Assembly (NCBI GenBank): GCA_964504985.1
Contig: CAZDFU010000002.1
Span: forward strand, 11,782 to 75,781
Source: an uncultured Gammaproteobacteria bacterium
GTDB taxonomy: Bacteria > Patescibacteriota > Microgenomatia > Daviesbacterales > UBA10151
DNA length: 64,000 nt
Direction: 5' to 3'
A program made the translations under genes and the position numbers. This document shows, piece after piece, positions 37,038 to 46,930 of this stretch (the stretch's first letter is position 1; the number at the start of each line of letters is the position of its first letter). The notes below the pieces were generated by a model. The model searched no databases. It saw only the letters and a list, made by a program, of their open reading frames with translations, and was not told the DNA's origin.

Positions 37038-39362
37038 TTATCTATTAAATCCGCCCCTACCGCCTCTGTCCCGTCCGCCACCCCGGTCTCTAAACCCTCC
37101 GCTTGGCCTATCTCCAAAATTTCTGCGGGGCCTATCTCCGAATCTTGGTCTAGCGCCTTCACGGAATGAGTCAGTAAAACCTCTTCTTTCTCTGGGTCTG
37201 AATCCACTGCCTGCTGGTCTAAACCCACCTGAAGATTCACCCTGCCCTCTGCCAAAGGGCCTGCCTTCTGATTCTGGTTTAATATCTGCTCCAAAAAGCA
37301 TTGACAAACCAATTTTTCCCTCAGGGGATACCTCAGTCACTCTAACTTTAACGTCTTGCCCCTCAGAAACTACATCTTCTACTTTTTCAACACGGCCTGG
37401 CGCCATTTGTGAAATATGAACCAAACCATCTTTACCAGGCAAAATATTAACAAAAGCCCCAAAAGGAGCCAGCCTGACAACTTTTCCCGTAAATTCCTCT
37501 CCCACTTTAACTTCTTTGAATTGACCCTCGATTGATTCCAGGGCTGCTTTTATTGAATCTGGGTTTGTGGCTGAAACCATCACAGTCCCATCATCTTCAA
37601 TATCAATCTGTGCTCCTGTTTTAGCGATGATTGCATTGATATTTTTGCCTCCTGGACCGATCAAGGCCCCTATTTCTTCTGGTTTGATATGAATAATTTC
37701 TACACGGGGCGCATGCGGTGACATTTCTCCAGGTGCAGGAATTGCCTTTGCCATCTCTGCCAAGATAAAATCACGGGCTTTTTTACCCATATTTAGTGCC
37801 TCTTGTATAATTTCAAAACTAATGCCTTCAAGTTTAGTATCCATTTGTATAGCAGTAACGCCGTTTTTGGTACCCGCCACCTTAAAGTCCATTTCACCGT
37901 AAAAATCTTCCACTGCCCGCATATCAGTAATCACCTGAAACTTTTTATCATTAGATATCAAACCTAAAGCTATACCGGCCACTGGTTCAATCGGAACACC
38001 AGCATCAAATAAAGCTAAACTGGAAGCACAAATTGCTGCTTGTGAAGTAGAGGCATTGGCTCCTAAAACTTCGGAGACAATTCTGATAGCATATGGGAAT
38101 TGACTTTCCTTAGGTATGACTGGTTCAAGGGCTTTTTCTCCTAAAGCCCCATGACCAACATCCCGTCTTGAGGGAGCACCGAGTCTTTTAACCTCCCCTG
38201 TTGCAAAAGGATTAATACTCATATTGTAATAATGCATAAAGCGCTTAATCCGCTCACCCTCCATTCCTTCAATTGTTTGTCCTAAAGAGGGAGCTCCTAG
38301 AGTAACTACTGATAATAATTGTGAATCGCCTCTGGAAAATAGAGCTGAGCCATGTGTCCTGGGCAATACCCCAACTTCTATATTAATTGGCCTAACTTCA
38401 TCCATAGCTCTGCCGTCAACCCTTTTACCCTGATTTAAAATTAAATCATGCATAATTTCCTTGGCAGCCTTGTCAAATACACCAGAGATTATTAAAGGGG
38501 TTAAAATGTCTGTATATTTTGTGGTAAGTTCTGCTTTTATCTGATCTGCCATTGAATCATGCCAGGCGGTTTTTTCATCAAATAAAGCTTTTTCAATCCG
38601 CTCCCTGGTAATTTGCTTAACTTCAACCAGCAAGGCTTCTTCAACTTCCTCAGCTATTGTTGAATAAGATTGTTTTTCTTTACCTGCCTCAGAAACAAAT
38701 TCCTCAATTAAAGATATTATTGGCTGAGAATGCTGATGAGCTTCTTTAATTGCATTAAAAACAATCTCATCTGAAACTTGATTTCCTTTAGTTTCAATCA
38801 TGGCCACTTTATCTTTTGTAGAAGCCACGAATAGATCTAAGTTAGAATTTTCCAGCTCTTCTATAGTGGGATTAATCATCAATTTTCCTTCTGCCTCTCC
38901 AATCCTGGCCACACCCAGAGGACCATGCCAGGGGATAGAGGATACAGATAAAGCTGCTGAGGCTGCAATTAAACCTAAAATATCCGGATCATTGGATTGA
39001 TCAATTGATAAAACAGTAATAATTACCTGTACTTCGTTATGATATTCCTTAGGAAAAAGGGGTCTGATGGAACGGTCAATCAGTCTGCCTGTTAAAACAG
39101 CCTCATCTGAAGGCCTGGTTTCCCGCTTAATAAATCTGGAAGAAGAAATCCTGCCTCCTGCGTAATGTTTCTCTACAAATTCAACTGAGAGGGGAAAATA
39201 ACCTATATCTTCAACCAGAGGCTTGCTGACTACTGTTGCTAGTACCACAGTTTCACCCCAAGACACCAAAACAGAAGCATCTGCCTGACTGGCCAGTCTG
39301 CCTGTTTCTAAACGTAATTTACGACCATTTAGGTCTAGTTCTTTTGTAACAATTTTTGACAT
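37038..39362 (-). CDS. pnp: Polynucleotide phosphorylase with C-terminal Arg/Gly-rich (RGG-like) tail
   Basis: Two RNase PH domains, KH and S1; tail ...GFRDRGGGRDRGGRGGFNR. Confidence 0.95.
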   Translation of the reverse strand: MSKIVTKELDLNGRKLRLETGRLASQADASVLVSWGETVVLATVVSKPLVEDIGYFPLSVEFVEKHYAGGRISSSRFIKRETRPSDEAVLTGRLIDRSIRPLFPKEYHNEVQVIITVLSIDQSNDPDILGLIAASAALSVSSIPWHGPLGVARIGEAEGKLMINPTIEELENSNLDLFVASTKDKVAMIETKGNQVSDEIVFNAIKEAHQHSQPIISLIEEFVSEAGKEKQSYSTIAEEVEEALLVEVKQITRERIEKALFDEKTAWHDSMADQIKAELTTKYTDILTPLIISGVFDKAAKEIMHDLILNQGKRVDGRAMDEVRPINIEVGVLPRTHGSALFSRGDSQLLSVVTLGAPSLGQTIEGMEGERIKRFMHYYNMSINPFATGEVKRLGAPSRRDVGHGALGEKALEPVIPKESQFPYAIRIVSEVLGANASTSQAAICASSLALFDAGVPIEPVAGIALGLISNDKKFQVITDMRAVEDFYGEMDFKVAGTKNGVTAIQMDTKLEGISFEIIQEALNMGKKARDFILAEMAKAIPAPGEMSPHAPRVEIIHIKPEEIGALIGPGGKNINAIIAKTGAQIDIEDDGTVMVSATNPDSIKAALESIEGQFKEVKVGEEFTGKVVRLAPFGAFVNILPGKDGLVHISQMAPGRVEKVEDVVSEGQDVKVRVTEVSPEGKIGLSMLFGADIKPESEGRPFGRGQGESSGGFRPAGSGFRPRERRGFTDSFREGARPRFGDRPRRNFGDRPSGGFRDRGGGRDRGGRGGFNR

Positions 39363-39404
39363 TAAATTTTTTTGGAGGATTTGGAAACTGGATAAGAGGT
39401 AACT

Positions 39405-39470
39405 AGCTGTCAGTCTTCAGCTTTCAGCTTTCAGACAAAATCTGAAAACTGAGAACTGATATCTGATGAC
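39405..39470 (-). promoter_or_regulatory. Long imperfect hairpin in the rpsO-pnp intergenic leader (candidate RNase III / autoregulatory site)
   Basis: Arms agctgtcagtcttcagctttcagctttcagac and tctgaaaactgagaactgatatctgatgac; 33/35-nt match to the element at 2575-2607. Confidence 0.5.
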
Positions 39471-39527
39471 TACATAACTCTTTGCAATCCCCAAACCCTA
39501 AACTTTTTTAATTATATCACAAAGTTA

Positions 39528-39797
39528 TCATTTAGACAATCCTAATTTATCTATGACAACTTTATATCTTTCTTCATCTTTTTTAACTAAATATTGAAGC
39601 AGCCTTCTTCTTTTATTAACCATAGACAAAAGCCCTCTTCTTGAATGTATGTCGTGAGTATGTTCTTTCAAATGACTGGTAAGATTTTTAATTTGTTCTG
39701 TTAAAAGAGCAACCTGAACTTCAGGAGAACCTGTATCACCAGATTTTGTGGCAAATTCTTTTATTATTTTCTGCTTAATTTTTGGATCAAGTGGCAT
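39528..39797 (-). CDS. rpsO: 30S ribosomal protein S15 (uS15)
   Basis: Start at [12 protein letters not shown] with AGGAGG 5 nt upstream; the ORF-track N-terminal extension is unlikely. Confidence 0.9.
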   Translation of the reverse strand: MPLDPKIKQKIIKEFATKSGDTGSPEVQVALLTEQIKNLTSHLKEHTHDIHSRRGLLSMVNKRRRLLQYLVKKDEERYKVVIDKLGLSK

Positions 39798-39892
39798 GGC
39801 ATCCTCCTTATTTTGGAATAACCTCGGTGCCAAGAAGTAATTCCTTAAACTTGTAGGCGTAGTTTATCAGAAAGGACTGGAATATGCAATAT

Positions 39893-42800
39893 CTACTTTA
39901 TTATTAAACGGAAGAGAACGAAACCACCCAGAAGCAGCACTACGATCACCATCACTACCTTAACATTAAAAGGCAAACCTTCTCCTGCTTTTTTTTGAGC
40001 TTGGGCTGCAGGCTGAGAACTTTCTGTTGCTTCACCTTGTACCTGACCCTGTTCACCAACACCAATATTACCCTGCTGATTTTCACCAGACACACCTAAC
40101 ACTCCAGAAGCAAATCCAACGGCTGTTGGTTGTATCGAGACTCCCAAAACCTGATTTTGCGGGGAGGTACTTCTAACGGAACAGTCATGGACTGCACAAC
40201 CTAATCCATCTCCACCATCACCTCCACTGCTTGAACTTGTGGAAGAAGTTGAGGTAGAAGTGGAACCAGTATGAGTAGTAGCATAGTATGAAGCCTTGGT
40301 GGCTTGGAATATACATAAACCATTACTTACTACACAGGTGGCAGGAGCTACAATCCCGTCAGATGTCCAGCCTGATGAAGTGCTGGAAGAACGGACTACA
40401 TTAAGTGTTTGTCCATTTAAAGCTGTTCCCACATAAATGTTTATAGTGATGGGACTGCTAAAACTTAACCCCAAATTAGGTATCCCCCATTGCATGGCCC
40501 CGTCAACCACCACTCCTGTCCCAAGTCCTGATAATGATCCTGTGGTGACATTTTGCGCGCTTAACAAAGACGTATCAATTAATCCCCCATCAGTTCTGGT
40601 AATAATAGTATTGGCTGGCAAAGATACGCTGCTTGTTCCGCCATTAACGCTGACGTTAATTGTGGAATCTCCCAAGACTACAATGGAAGAGGTTGAGCTC
40701 CCATCCCCGCTGGTGGGCACAAACTTGGCATCACTAAGCTGTTGGAAAGGAGCATTTCCAAACCTTAAAGGCTGGTCATTTTTATCCTTGGTAATTGAGG
40801 TTTCACCTTCCGTGGTCTGGCCACCAACTTCCACAAAAATATCAAAGAAGGAATCCACCTGAGGGTGGGTTCTTTGGAAATTATCCTGTGTGCTCTCAGT
40901 CATTCTATAAGTTCCCGGTTTATCTACCTCAAAAGAAGCTTTCCCATCATCATTGGTGGGAAGGATCCTTAGCCCCCCGTAGATAATTTCCTCGGTCATT
41001 ACCGGAGGTTGACCCTCAACCGGGTTAGGGGTTGAGGCGAGTGTTTTAATTGCTTCCTCTATCCTCATATCCCAGCCACCAATACCTAACTCACCTTTAT
41101 CCCATTCCCCATCTGCATTCAAATCTTTCCACTTAAAGATATCAATAATCACCTTCTTAAAATTACCAAAATCAATACCACTTACATCATTGCCTGATTG
41201 AGCCTCAATATCCGAAGGATTAGTAGTAGTCTGTATCCAGCCACTTTGTGAAGCTTCTCTCACTCTGTAAGTGCCGGGACGCAGATTATCAAGGCTGTAA
41301 CTGCCGTCTTCGCCTGTGGTAGCGGATTTCTCACCCTCATCAAAAACCCCGTTACTGTTTCCGTCGATAAAAATAGTCCAGCCGGACAATCTTTGGTCAG
41401 GATGATTAGGATCATTTGGATTATAAGAACCGTCAGCTATCATGTCCTCAAATTTCCAACCAGAGATAGTAATCTTTTTGAAATTTCCAAAATCATTATT
41501 TTCAGAATTCTCCCCTGCAGATAATGTTATCTCATATCCGTTTGTGCCATCCGGACAAATGGGGTTATTCAATGGGGTAGTTTGTGTCCAACCATCGAAG
41601 TTATCTGTACTGGTAGCGATATCCTCACAGACCCGATAAGTACCAGGTAAAAGATTTTCAAACAGATACTGTCCTGTATCTGCATCACCTGTCCAGGATT
41701 CCAAAGTTGTGTCATTATTTGGTCCACCGCTTAGGGTAATCCGCCAGCTATCTTCCTCCCACTCATTTTCTCTATCCCAGACCCCGTCTCCATTAGTGTC
41801 TATAAATTTATAGCCACTGATTGAGCCCCGCTTGGTGTTAGTAAAAGTACAGGTGATCGTTTCTCCGGTATTAGGTGTAATACTGTCGGGAGTATTGGTA
41901 CCGGTACAGGATGAACTGGTTAAATCCCAGCCCTCAGGAACATTCTCAGAAATACTGTAAGTATCGTCCGGATCAATATCAGTGAATGTTTGACTACCGC
42001 TGTTCGCTAATGTGGTTATCTGGGAAGAAGAAGCAGGCAGATTTTGACTGCTCATCTCAAAATCAAAAGTGTCATCACCTCCCAGAGTATTCTTCACTAA
42101 GACGATAGTGGCTAACTCTTTGTTGGTAAAAGTACAGGTAACAGTCTCACCGGCGCTGACATCAATTGCATCAACTGAGCTACCATCGCTACAAACGGCG
42201 CTGCTCAATTTCCATCCCGGCACTTCATCTTCTGAAACAGCATAGTTGCCGGGGAAAACTTCGGAGTCCTGGCTCTTTTTAAGCGTATTGGTTTCACTAC
42301 CGTCATCATCGAGCTGGAAGGTATCGGGGTTGCCGTTGCCAAAATTATTATGGAAGGTAAAATCCTGAGCGTTATTGGAAATGGCATCTTTGACAATAAC
42401 GACATGGCCATTAGGAATGACTGTAATGTCGAAGGTACGGGAGAAGAAGAGATCTAGGCTGTCAGTAGCTGTCACTGTAATAGTGGCTGTGCCACTGGAA
42501 TTGGCAACCGGCGTATAGGTCAGCGTTCGGGTAGCGCCGGAGCCGGAAACAGTCGGGTTTGGCACAACTGAAGCATCATTTGAGGTTGCAGACAAAATTA
42601 CTGTTTGATCAGATTCATCTGAGGGACCAGGGGAAATATTGGTGATGGTAATATTTTGTGCACCAACATCTTCATTAACTGTCTGGTTGGCAATTGCATC
42701 AAAAGACGGAGGGCGGTTATAGTTAACAGTGACATCTTGTAAAGTTGGAGTGGTATTAACAGTACCGGAAGTAGTTGCCCGCCACTGAAAATATTGATAC

Positions 42801-44200
42801 GTATCAGGCAAGGCGCTGCTTAAGTCTATTGGAGAGTTGGCTGATCCTAAAGATACCCAGGATGGACTAGTATCACCTTTGGCAAAAGCGGTATTTGATG
42901 CCCTAACTTCAAAAGTAATATCAGTTCCGGCAGCAAGACTTTCATTCCAGGATAAGGTTGAGTAAATAGTTGAGGTAGAGTTTGTATCTTTAACCTCTGA
43001 TATTTGAGTACCGCTGGTTCCGTATGTTTTATATTTTTCTGTAAAAATAAAATCATCCCCAAAATTAGTTGGCCAAGTAGAACCGCTATTGGTTGATTTA
43101 TATCCCCCTCCGCCAGTATAATCCGTGCTGCTGTTTTCACGGTACCAATCATAATCATCAGTGTCTGAGGTATTTGCCCGATGTACTACAATAGCGTATT
43201 GTGTGCCTGTGGTAACCGGGGCAGGTGAGGAAAAAACAAAGTTCACATTTCCCTTTGCGGTGGGAAGAGATGTAGGACTAACTGAGGCTGTTGCCAGGGG
43301 AGATGATGCGGTAGGTAAACCGCTGCTGGTGTTTCTAATTTCAACTGTCACATCTCCTGAACCATCATCGCTATTTTGTTTTCTTAGGCTTAAAGTTAAG
43401 CCAGTCAGCATTCCGTTTTGGGCAGGGGTGAAAGTTTGAGCTAACCATTTGGCACTGTCGAAAGTTTCTGCCGTTGTCCCTGTTGTTTGCAATTGATCAA
43501 CTATCTCTGAACCCAAGGCATTAGTCACACTGCCATCGCCACCTCCCACATCAGTGACAGTAGTTCCCGAAGAGGTTCCATTATTAAAATCTGTGACGGT
43601 GGTTACCACAAAGATAGTAAAATGGTTTAAACCTGTAATAGTGAGAGTATCTGTTTGGGCTGTTACTCCTCCTAAAGTAACAAAGGTCTGGTTATCTTCT
43701 GAGGCTTTAACCTCTACCTGTTCAGTTTTTGGGGTAGGCAAAGTTAAGGTATATTCAAAGGTACCATTTTCCATAGTAGAAGTGATATCATAAGCTTTGT
43801 CTGTCACAGGGTTTAAATTGTCATCTCCCAGGGAATTTACAGGTACTTCTTTAATTGAGATTTTGCCCGGGTTGGAAGGAAGTTTATTGAATTTTAATGT
43901 TACTTTATCATTTTGCGGAGCTTTGTATAATTGGTCAATCCTGACGTTTTCATGGGTGATGGCTATACCGCCGGGCCCATTATCCCAATCCAATACAGAT
44001 AAGGAAGCTGGCTCAACTGCTACAGCAGGAGAAACTGTTGCCGAAGCTGTAGACTCAAAAGATGTGTCTAAAACAACCTGACTATTTAACTGAGCAGAAG
44101 TAGTGGCTTCCTGGGCCAGAACCGGGAAAGTATATTGCCCAAACAATAATAAAAAGACAGTAATTAAACTAAACGCCTTTTTTAAACCTTTAAAAAACAT
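39893..44200 (-). CDS. Giant cell-surface repeat protein (1435 aa): signal peptide, Ser/Thr-rich regions, paired ...GETxTCTFTN prealbumin-like modules, several SdrD-B-type repeats (PGTYRVxE), C-terminal TM anchor
   Basis: N-terminal signal LITVFLLLFGQYTFPVLAQE; repeats GYKFIDTNGDGVWD...PGTYRVCE and GWKFEDMIADGSYN...PGTYRVRE; C-terminus VVMVIVVLLLGGFVLFRLIIK. Confidence 0.75.
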   Translation of the reverse strand: MFFKGLKKAFSLITVFLLLFGQYTFPVLAQEATTSAQLNSQVVLDTSFESTASATVSPAVAVEPASLSVLDWDNGPGGIAITHENVRIDQLYKAPQNDKVTLKFNKLPSNPGKISIKEVPVNSLGDDNLNPVTDKAYDITSTMENGTFEYTLTLPTPKTEQVEVKASEDNQTFVTLGGVTAQTDTLTITGLNHFTIFVVTTVTDFNNGTSSGTTVTDVGGGDGSVTNALGSEIVDQLQTTGTTAETFDSAKWLAQTFTPAQNGMLTGLTLSLRKQNSDDGSGDVTVEIRNTSSGLPTASSPLATASVSPTSLPTAKGNVNFVFSSPAPVTTGTQYAIVVHRANTSDTDDYDWYRENSSTDYTGGGGYKSTNSGSTWPTNFGDDFIFTEKYKTYGTSGTQISEVKDTNSTSTIYSTLSWNESLAAGTDITFEVRASNTAFAKGDTSPSWVSLGSANSPIDLSSALPDTYQYFQWRATTSGTVNTTPTLQDVTVNYNRPPSFDAIANQTVNEDVGAQNITITNISPGPSDESDQTVILSATSNDASVVPNPTVSGSGATRTLTYTPVANSSGTATITVTATDSLDLFFSRTFDITVIPNGHVVIVKDAISNNAQDFTFHNNFGNGNPDTFQLDDDGSETNTLKKSQDSEVFPGNYAVSEDEVPGWKLSSAVCSDGSSVDAIDVSAGETVTCTFTNKELATIVLVKNTLGGDDTFDFEMSSQNLPASSSQITTLANSGSQTFTDIDPDDTYSISENVPEGWDLTSSSCTGTNTPDSITPNTGETITCTFTNTKRGSISGYKFIDTNGDGVWDRENEWEEDSWRITLSGGPNNDTTLESWTGDADTGQYLFENLLPGTYRVCEDIATSTDNFDGWTQTTPLNNPICPDGTNGYEITLSAGENSENNDFGNFKKITISGWKFEDMIADGSYNPNDPNHPDQRLSGWTIFIDGNSNGVFDEGEKSATTGEDGSYSLDNLRPGTYRVREASQSGWIQTTTNPSDIEAQSGNDVSGIDFGNFKKVIIDIFKWKDLNADGEWDKGELGIGGWDMRIEEAIKTLASTPNPVEGQPPVMTEEIIYGGLRILPTNDDGKASFEVDKPGTYRMTESTQDNFQRTHPQVDSFFDIFVEVGGQTTEGETSITKDKNDQPLRFGNAPFQQLSDAKFVPTSGDGSSTSSIVVLGDSTINVSVNGGTSSVSLPANTIITRTDGGLIDTSLLSAQNVTTGSLSGLGTGVVVDGAMQWGIPNLGLSFSSPITINIYVGTALNGQTLNVVRSSSTSSGWTSDGIVAPATCVVSNGLCIFQATKASYYATTHTGSTSTSTSSTSSSSGGDGGDGLGCAVHDCSVRSTSPQNQVLGVSIQPTAVGFASGVLGVSGENQQGNIGVGEQGQVQGEATESSQPAAQAQKKAGEGLPFNVKVVMVIVVLLLGGFVLFRLIIK

Positions 44201-44274
44201 TTTATCTGACTAATAGCCAGATATTATCCTATAAAGAGGAGATAAAGCAATAAGGGATTTCTGGGATAACAAAA

Positions 44275-45348
44275 TTATCCTAAAGATGACCCTTTGAAGA
44301 TTTTGGGGGTCAACCATTCTGGTTCAACTGTCTCGGAAATCACCCCTTCTTCTGCTGGTCTTTCTTCAGGAGAAGGTTGCGCTGAAAATGAAGGCTGTGA
44401 TTGTGTAACAGTTTCATGGTCACCTGCATCAGCCACAGGCTGAGAAGGAGCAGTTGAAGCAAGTGAAGAAGCTGCAAAGTCAGGAATGCTTTGTACTTGC
44501 CCTTGAGACTGATTTTTTGGCATTAAGGCACTCCAATCATAAGCTTGGGTAACTGGTTGCGGTTGAGACACTGGAGTTGTAAATGTTTGCGAACCTGGTT
44601 TCCTGCTGCCAACTCTTAACAAAGTTGCAACAGCCATATAAGCTTCAGGTCCCAGATTGGGATTTGTTAAATTACTTGTAGCTTCAAAGATTCCTGCTAA
44701 TAAGTTACTTCCTGCATCTGCGTCTAAAGTAAAACCCAAGTCAGAAATCACATTAGTCATTACCTCAGAAACAGAAGAAGCATTGTTATCCGCTACATTA
44801 GTTTGACCAAAATTGGTGTTAGCAGGTTGAATATCAATATTCACAATATGAGAACCGGAGAAAGCTTGACTATTGTTCTGATAAATTTGACCCAAAGCAT
44901 TTAAATTGGCAGCACCTATTACAAAAATTAAATTAAAACCACTGCCTTGATAGTGCGGGACAATCCTTCTTGGCTGGAAAGTCTGACCAGGTAAAACATG
45001 AAAGACTAAATTTAAGTTACTGTTTTCTGCATACCAGTCTAATTTTTCTAAAGCAGGTACAGTATTATCTGAAGCAGCTACCCCTTCTAAAGTTAGGGTT
45101 AAATTTCCACCCTCTGTAACAGGCAAAGTTTTTTGTATATGATCTATTCCAAAAAGATGAGACTGGCCAACTGTTATATCTGTCTCACAAACAACGCTTA
45201 CTTGCTTACCTGAGGCTTCTGATACCAAAAATAAAGCAAGTCCTGAAGCTAAGGTATCAATTGAAGCATTAGAAGGTAAAGCAATTAAGATGCTTTTGGC
45301 AGTTGGGAGTAAATTCTTAAGCTCAACAAGCTGTGAGTCGTATTTCAT
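44275..45348 (-). CDS. DHH-family (NrnA-like) paralogue with degenerate catalytic motifs (IDHH replaced by IDIQ) and a low-complexity C-terminus in place of DHHA1
   Basis: SHIVNIDIQPANTNFG aligns to NrnA motif III vvIDHHxsNxxFG; motif I region LPSNASIDTLASGLAL; conserved post-infB position. Confidence 0.55.
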   Translation of the reverse strand: MKYDSQLVELKNLLPTAKSILIALPSNASIDTLASGLALFLVSEASGKQVSVVCETDITVGQSHLFGIDHIQKTLPVTEGGNLTLTLEGVAASDNTVPALEKLDWYAENSNLNLVFHVLPGQTFQPRRIVPHYQGSGFNLIFVIGAANLNALGQIYQNNSQAFSGSHIVNIDIQPANTNFGQTNVADNNASSVSEVMTNVISDLGFTLDADAGSNLLAGIFEATSNLTNPNLGPEAYMAVATLLRVGSRKPGSQTFTTPVSQPQPVTQAYDWSALMPKNQSQGQVQSIPDFAASSLASTAPSQPVADAGDHETVTQSQPSFSAQPSPEERPAEEGVISETVEPEWLTPKIFKGSSLG

Positions 45349-45449
45349 TGAGTTTTGAAGCAGTTAACCGGATTTTACCACAAATATCCCATAATTTCAA
45401 GCGTAAGCGAAGAAATTACAGTCTTCAAGTACTTACAGTCCGCAGAAGT

Positions 45450-46913
45450 TTATATCACCCTAAAGGATTCCACCATATCCCCTGTTTGAAAATCTATGAC
45501 TGGGTCAAAAAGCATTCCACAATCATTACCTTTTTCCACCTTATTTACTTCTTCTTTAACCTTTTTTAAGGATTTGAGTTTAGGTTCACCAATTATTTGG
45601 CCATCTCTTACAACCCTTAATCTTTGTCCTTTGGCAATAGTGCCCTCAAGCATTCTGCAGCCTGCAATCCGCTCATTTTTACCATATGGAAACTCAGCTA
45701 TGATTTCTGCCTTACCTAAAACTTCTTCCAGTTGCCCTACCTCAAGCAAAGTGTTTACTACCTCTTCTATATCTTCCAAAAGTTCATAAATAATATTGTA
45801 ATTTCTAATTAAAACATGTTCATTTTCTGCTAATTTCTGGGCTGTTGGGGCAATTTTAACATTAAACCCAACCACAATAGCTCCTACAGCTTGGGCCAAT
45901 TTTATATTTTCCTCTCCAATTTCTCCTGTGCCAGAGAAGATAACCTTAACAACATCACCACCTTTATTTTGGTCTGGGGCCAACTTCTCAAGCGATGCTT
46001 GAATCGCTTCTAAAGAACCTTGCTTATCAGCTTTAATAATAATCTTTAAACTCTTAGTTTCACCCTGTTTTAATCTATCTACCAAAGAAGTACCCAGTAG
46101 TTGGTAGTCAGCAGTTGGTACTTCTTCACCTAGGGTTGCCCCAACTGCTGGAACAGCTTCCAAGCCTAAAACCTCAATAGGCACAGATGGACCAGCCGAA
46201 TCTACGCTCTTACCAGTTGAATCAACTAATCCACGCACCTTACCTTTTACACCTCCAATTAAAACCGGATCCCCTTTTTTTAGCGTACCATTTCTTATAA
46301 GTAAGGTGGCTATGGGCCCTTTAAATTTATCTAAATTAGCCTCAATAACAACTCCTGCAGGGGAAACTGCTGGATCCCCTTTTAGCTCATTTAGTTCAGC
46401 TACCAAAAGGATTGTTTCGAGCAGCTTATCCACCCCTTCTCCTATTTTGGCTGACAAAGGCACCAGGGGAACATCTCCTCCATATTCTTCTAAATTTATT
46501 TCCCTGTCTGACAATTGTTTTTTTATTTTATTTAATTGAACATTCTTATCTACTCCTGGCAAATCTATTTTATTAACAGCCACAATCATAGGCACTTTGG
46601 CAGACTGGATATGTTTTATGGCCTCAACTGTCTGTGGCATTATCCCATCATCTGCTGCCACTACCAAAACAGCTATATCTGCCACTTTAGCACCCCTTGA
46701 TCTCATTTTTTCAAAAGCAGCATGACCAGGAGTATCAATAAAAGTTATTAGTTTTGAGTTATGAGTTACTTGGTAAGCACCAATATGTTGGGTAATCCCC
46801 CCATGCTCTTTAGCAGCCACTGAAGATTTTCTTATAAAGTCTAACAATGTGGTTTTACCGTGGTCTACGTGGCCAAGTATAGTTACTATTGGCGGTCTGA
46901 TAATTTGACTCAT
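45450..46913 (-). CDS. infB: Translation initiation factor IF-2, short form (G2 domain to C-terminus, no N-terminal region)
   Basis: Starts directly at the G domain [17 protein letters not shown]; 487 aa. Confidence 0.9.
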   Translation of the reverse strand: MSQIIRPPIVTILGHVDHGKTTLLDFIRKSSVAAKEHGGITQHIGAYQVTHNSKLITFIDTPGHAAFEKMRSRGAKVADIAVLVVAADDGIMPQTVEAIKHIQSAKVPMIVAVNKIDLPGVDKNVQLNKIKKQLSDREINLEEYGGDVPLVPLSAKIGEGVDKLLETILLVAELNELKGDPAVSPAGVVIEANLDKFKGPIATLLIRNGTLKKGDPVLIGGVKGKVRGLVDSTGKSVDSAGPSVPIEVLGLEAVPAVGATLGEEVPTADYQLLGTSLVDRLKQGETKSLKIIIKADKQGSLEAIQASLEKLAPDQNKGGDVVKVIFSGTGEIGEENIKLAQAVGAIVVGFNVKIAPTAQKLAENEHVLIRNYNIIYELLEDIEEVVNTLLEVGQLEEVLGKAEIIAEFPYGKNERIAGCRMLEGTIAKGQRLRVVRDGQIIGEPKLKSLKKVKEEVNKVEKGNDCGMLFDPVIDFQTGDMVESFRVI

Positions 46914-46930
46914 ACTTAATCCTCCCCATA

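Noticed and set aside
37022-37312. 96-aa minus-strand ORF overlapping the pnp 3' end
   Set aside because: Alternative frame of the GC-rich RGG-tail coding region; no independent support.
39893-40020. Sortase LPXTG signal at the C-terminus of the giant surface protein
   Set aside because: The C-terminus is ...GEGLPFNVKVVMVIVVLLLGGFVLFRLIIK: a TM and basic tail are present but no LPXTG/LAXTG pentapeptide precedes them, so sortase-substrate status cannot be claimed.
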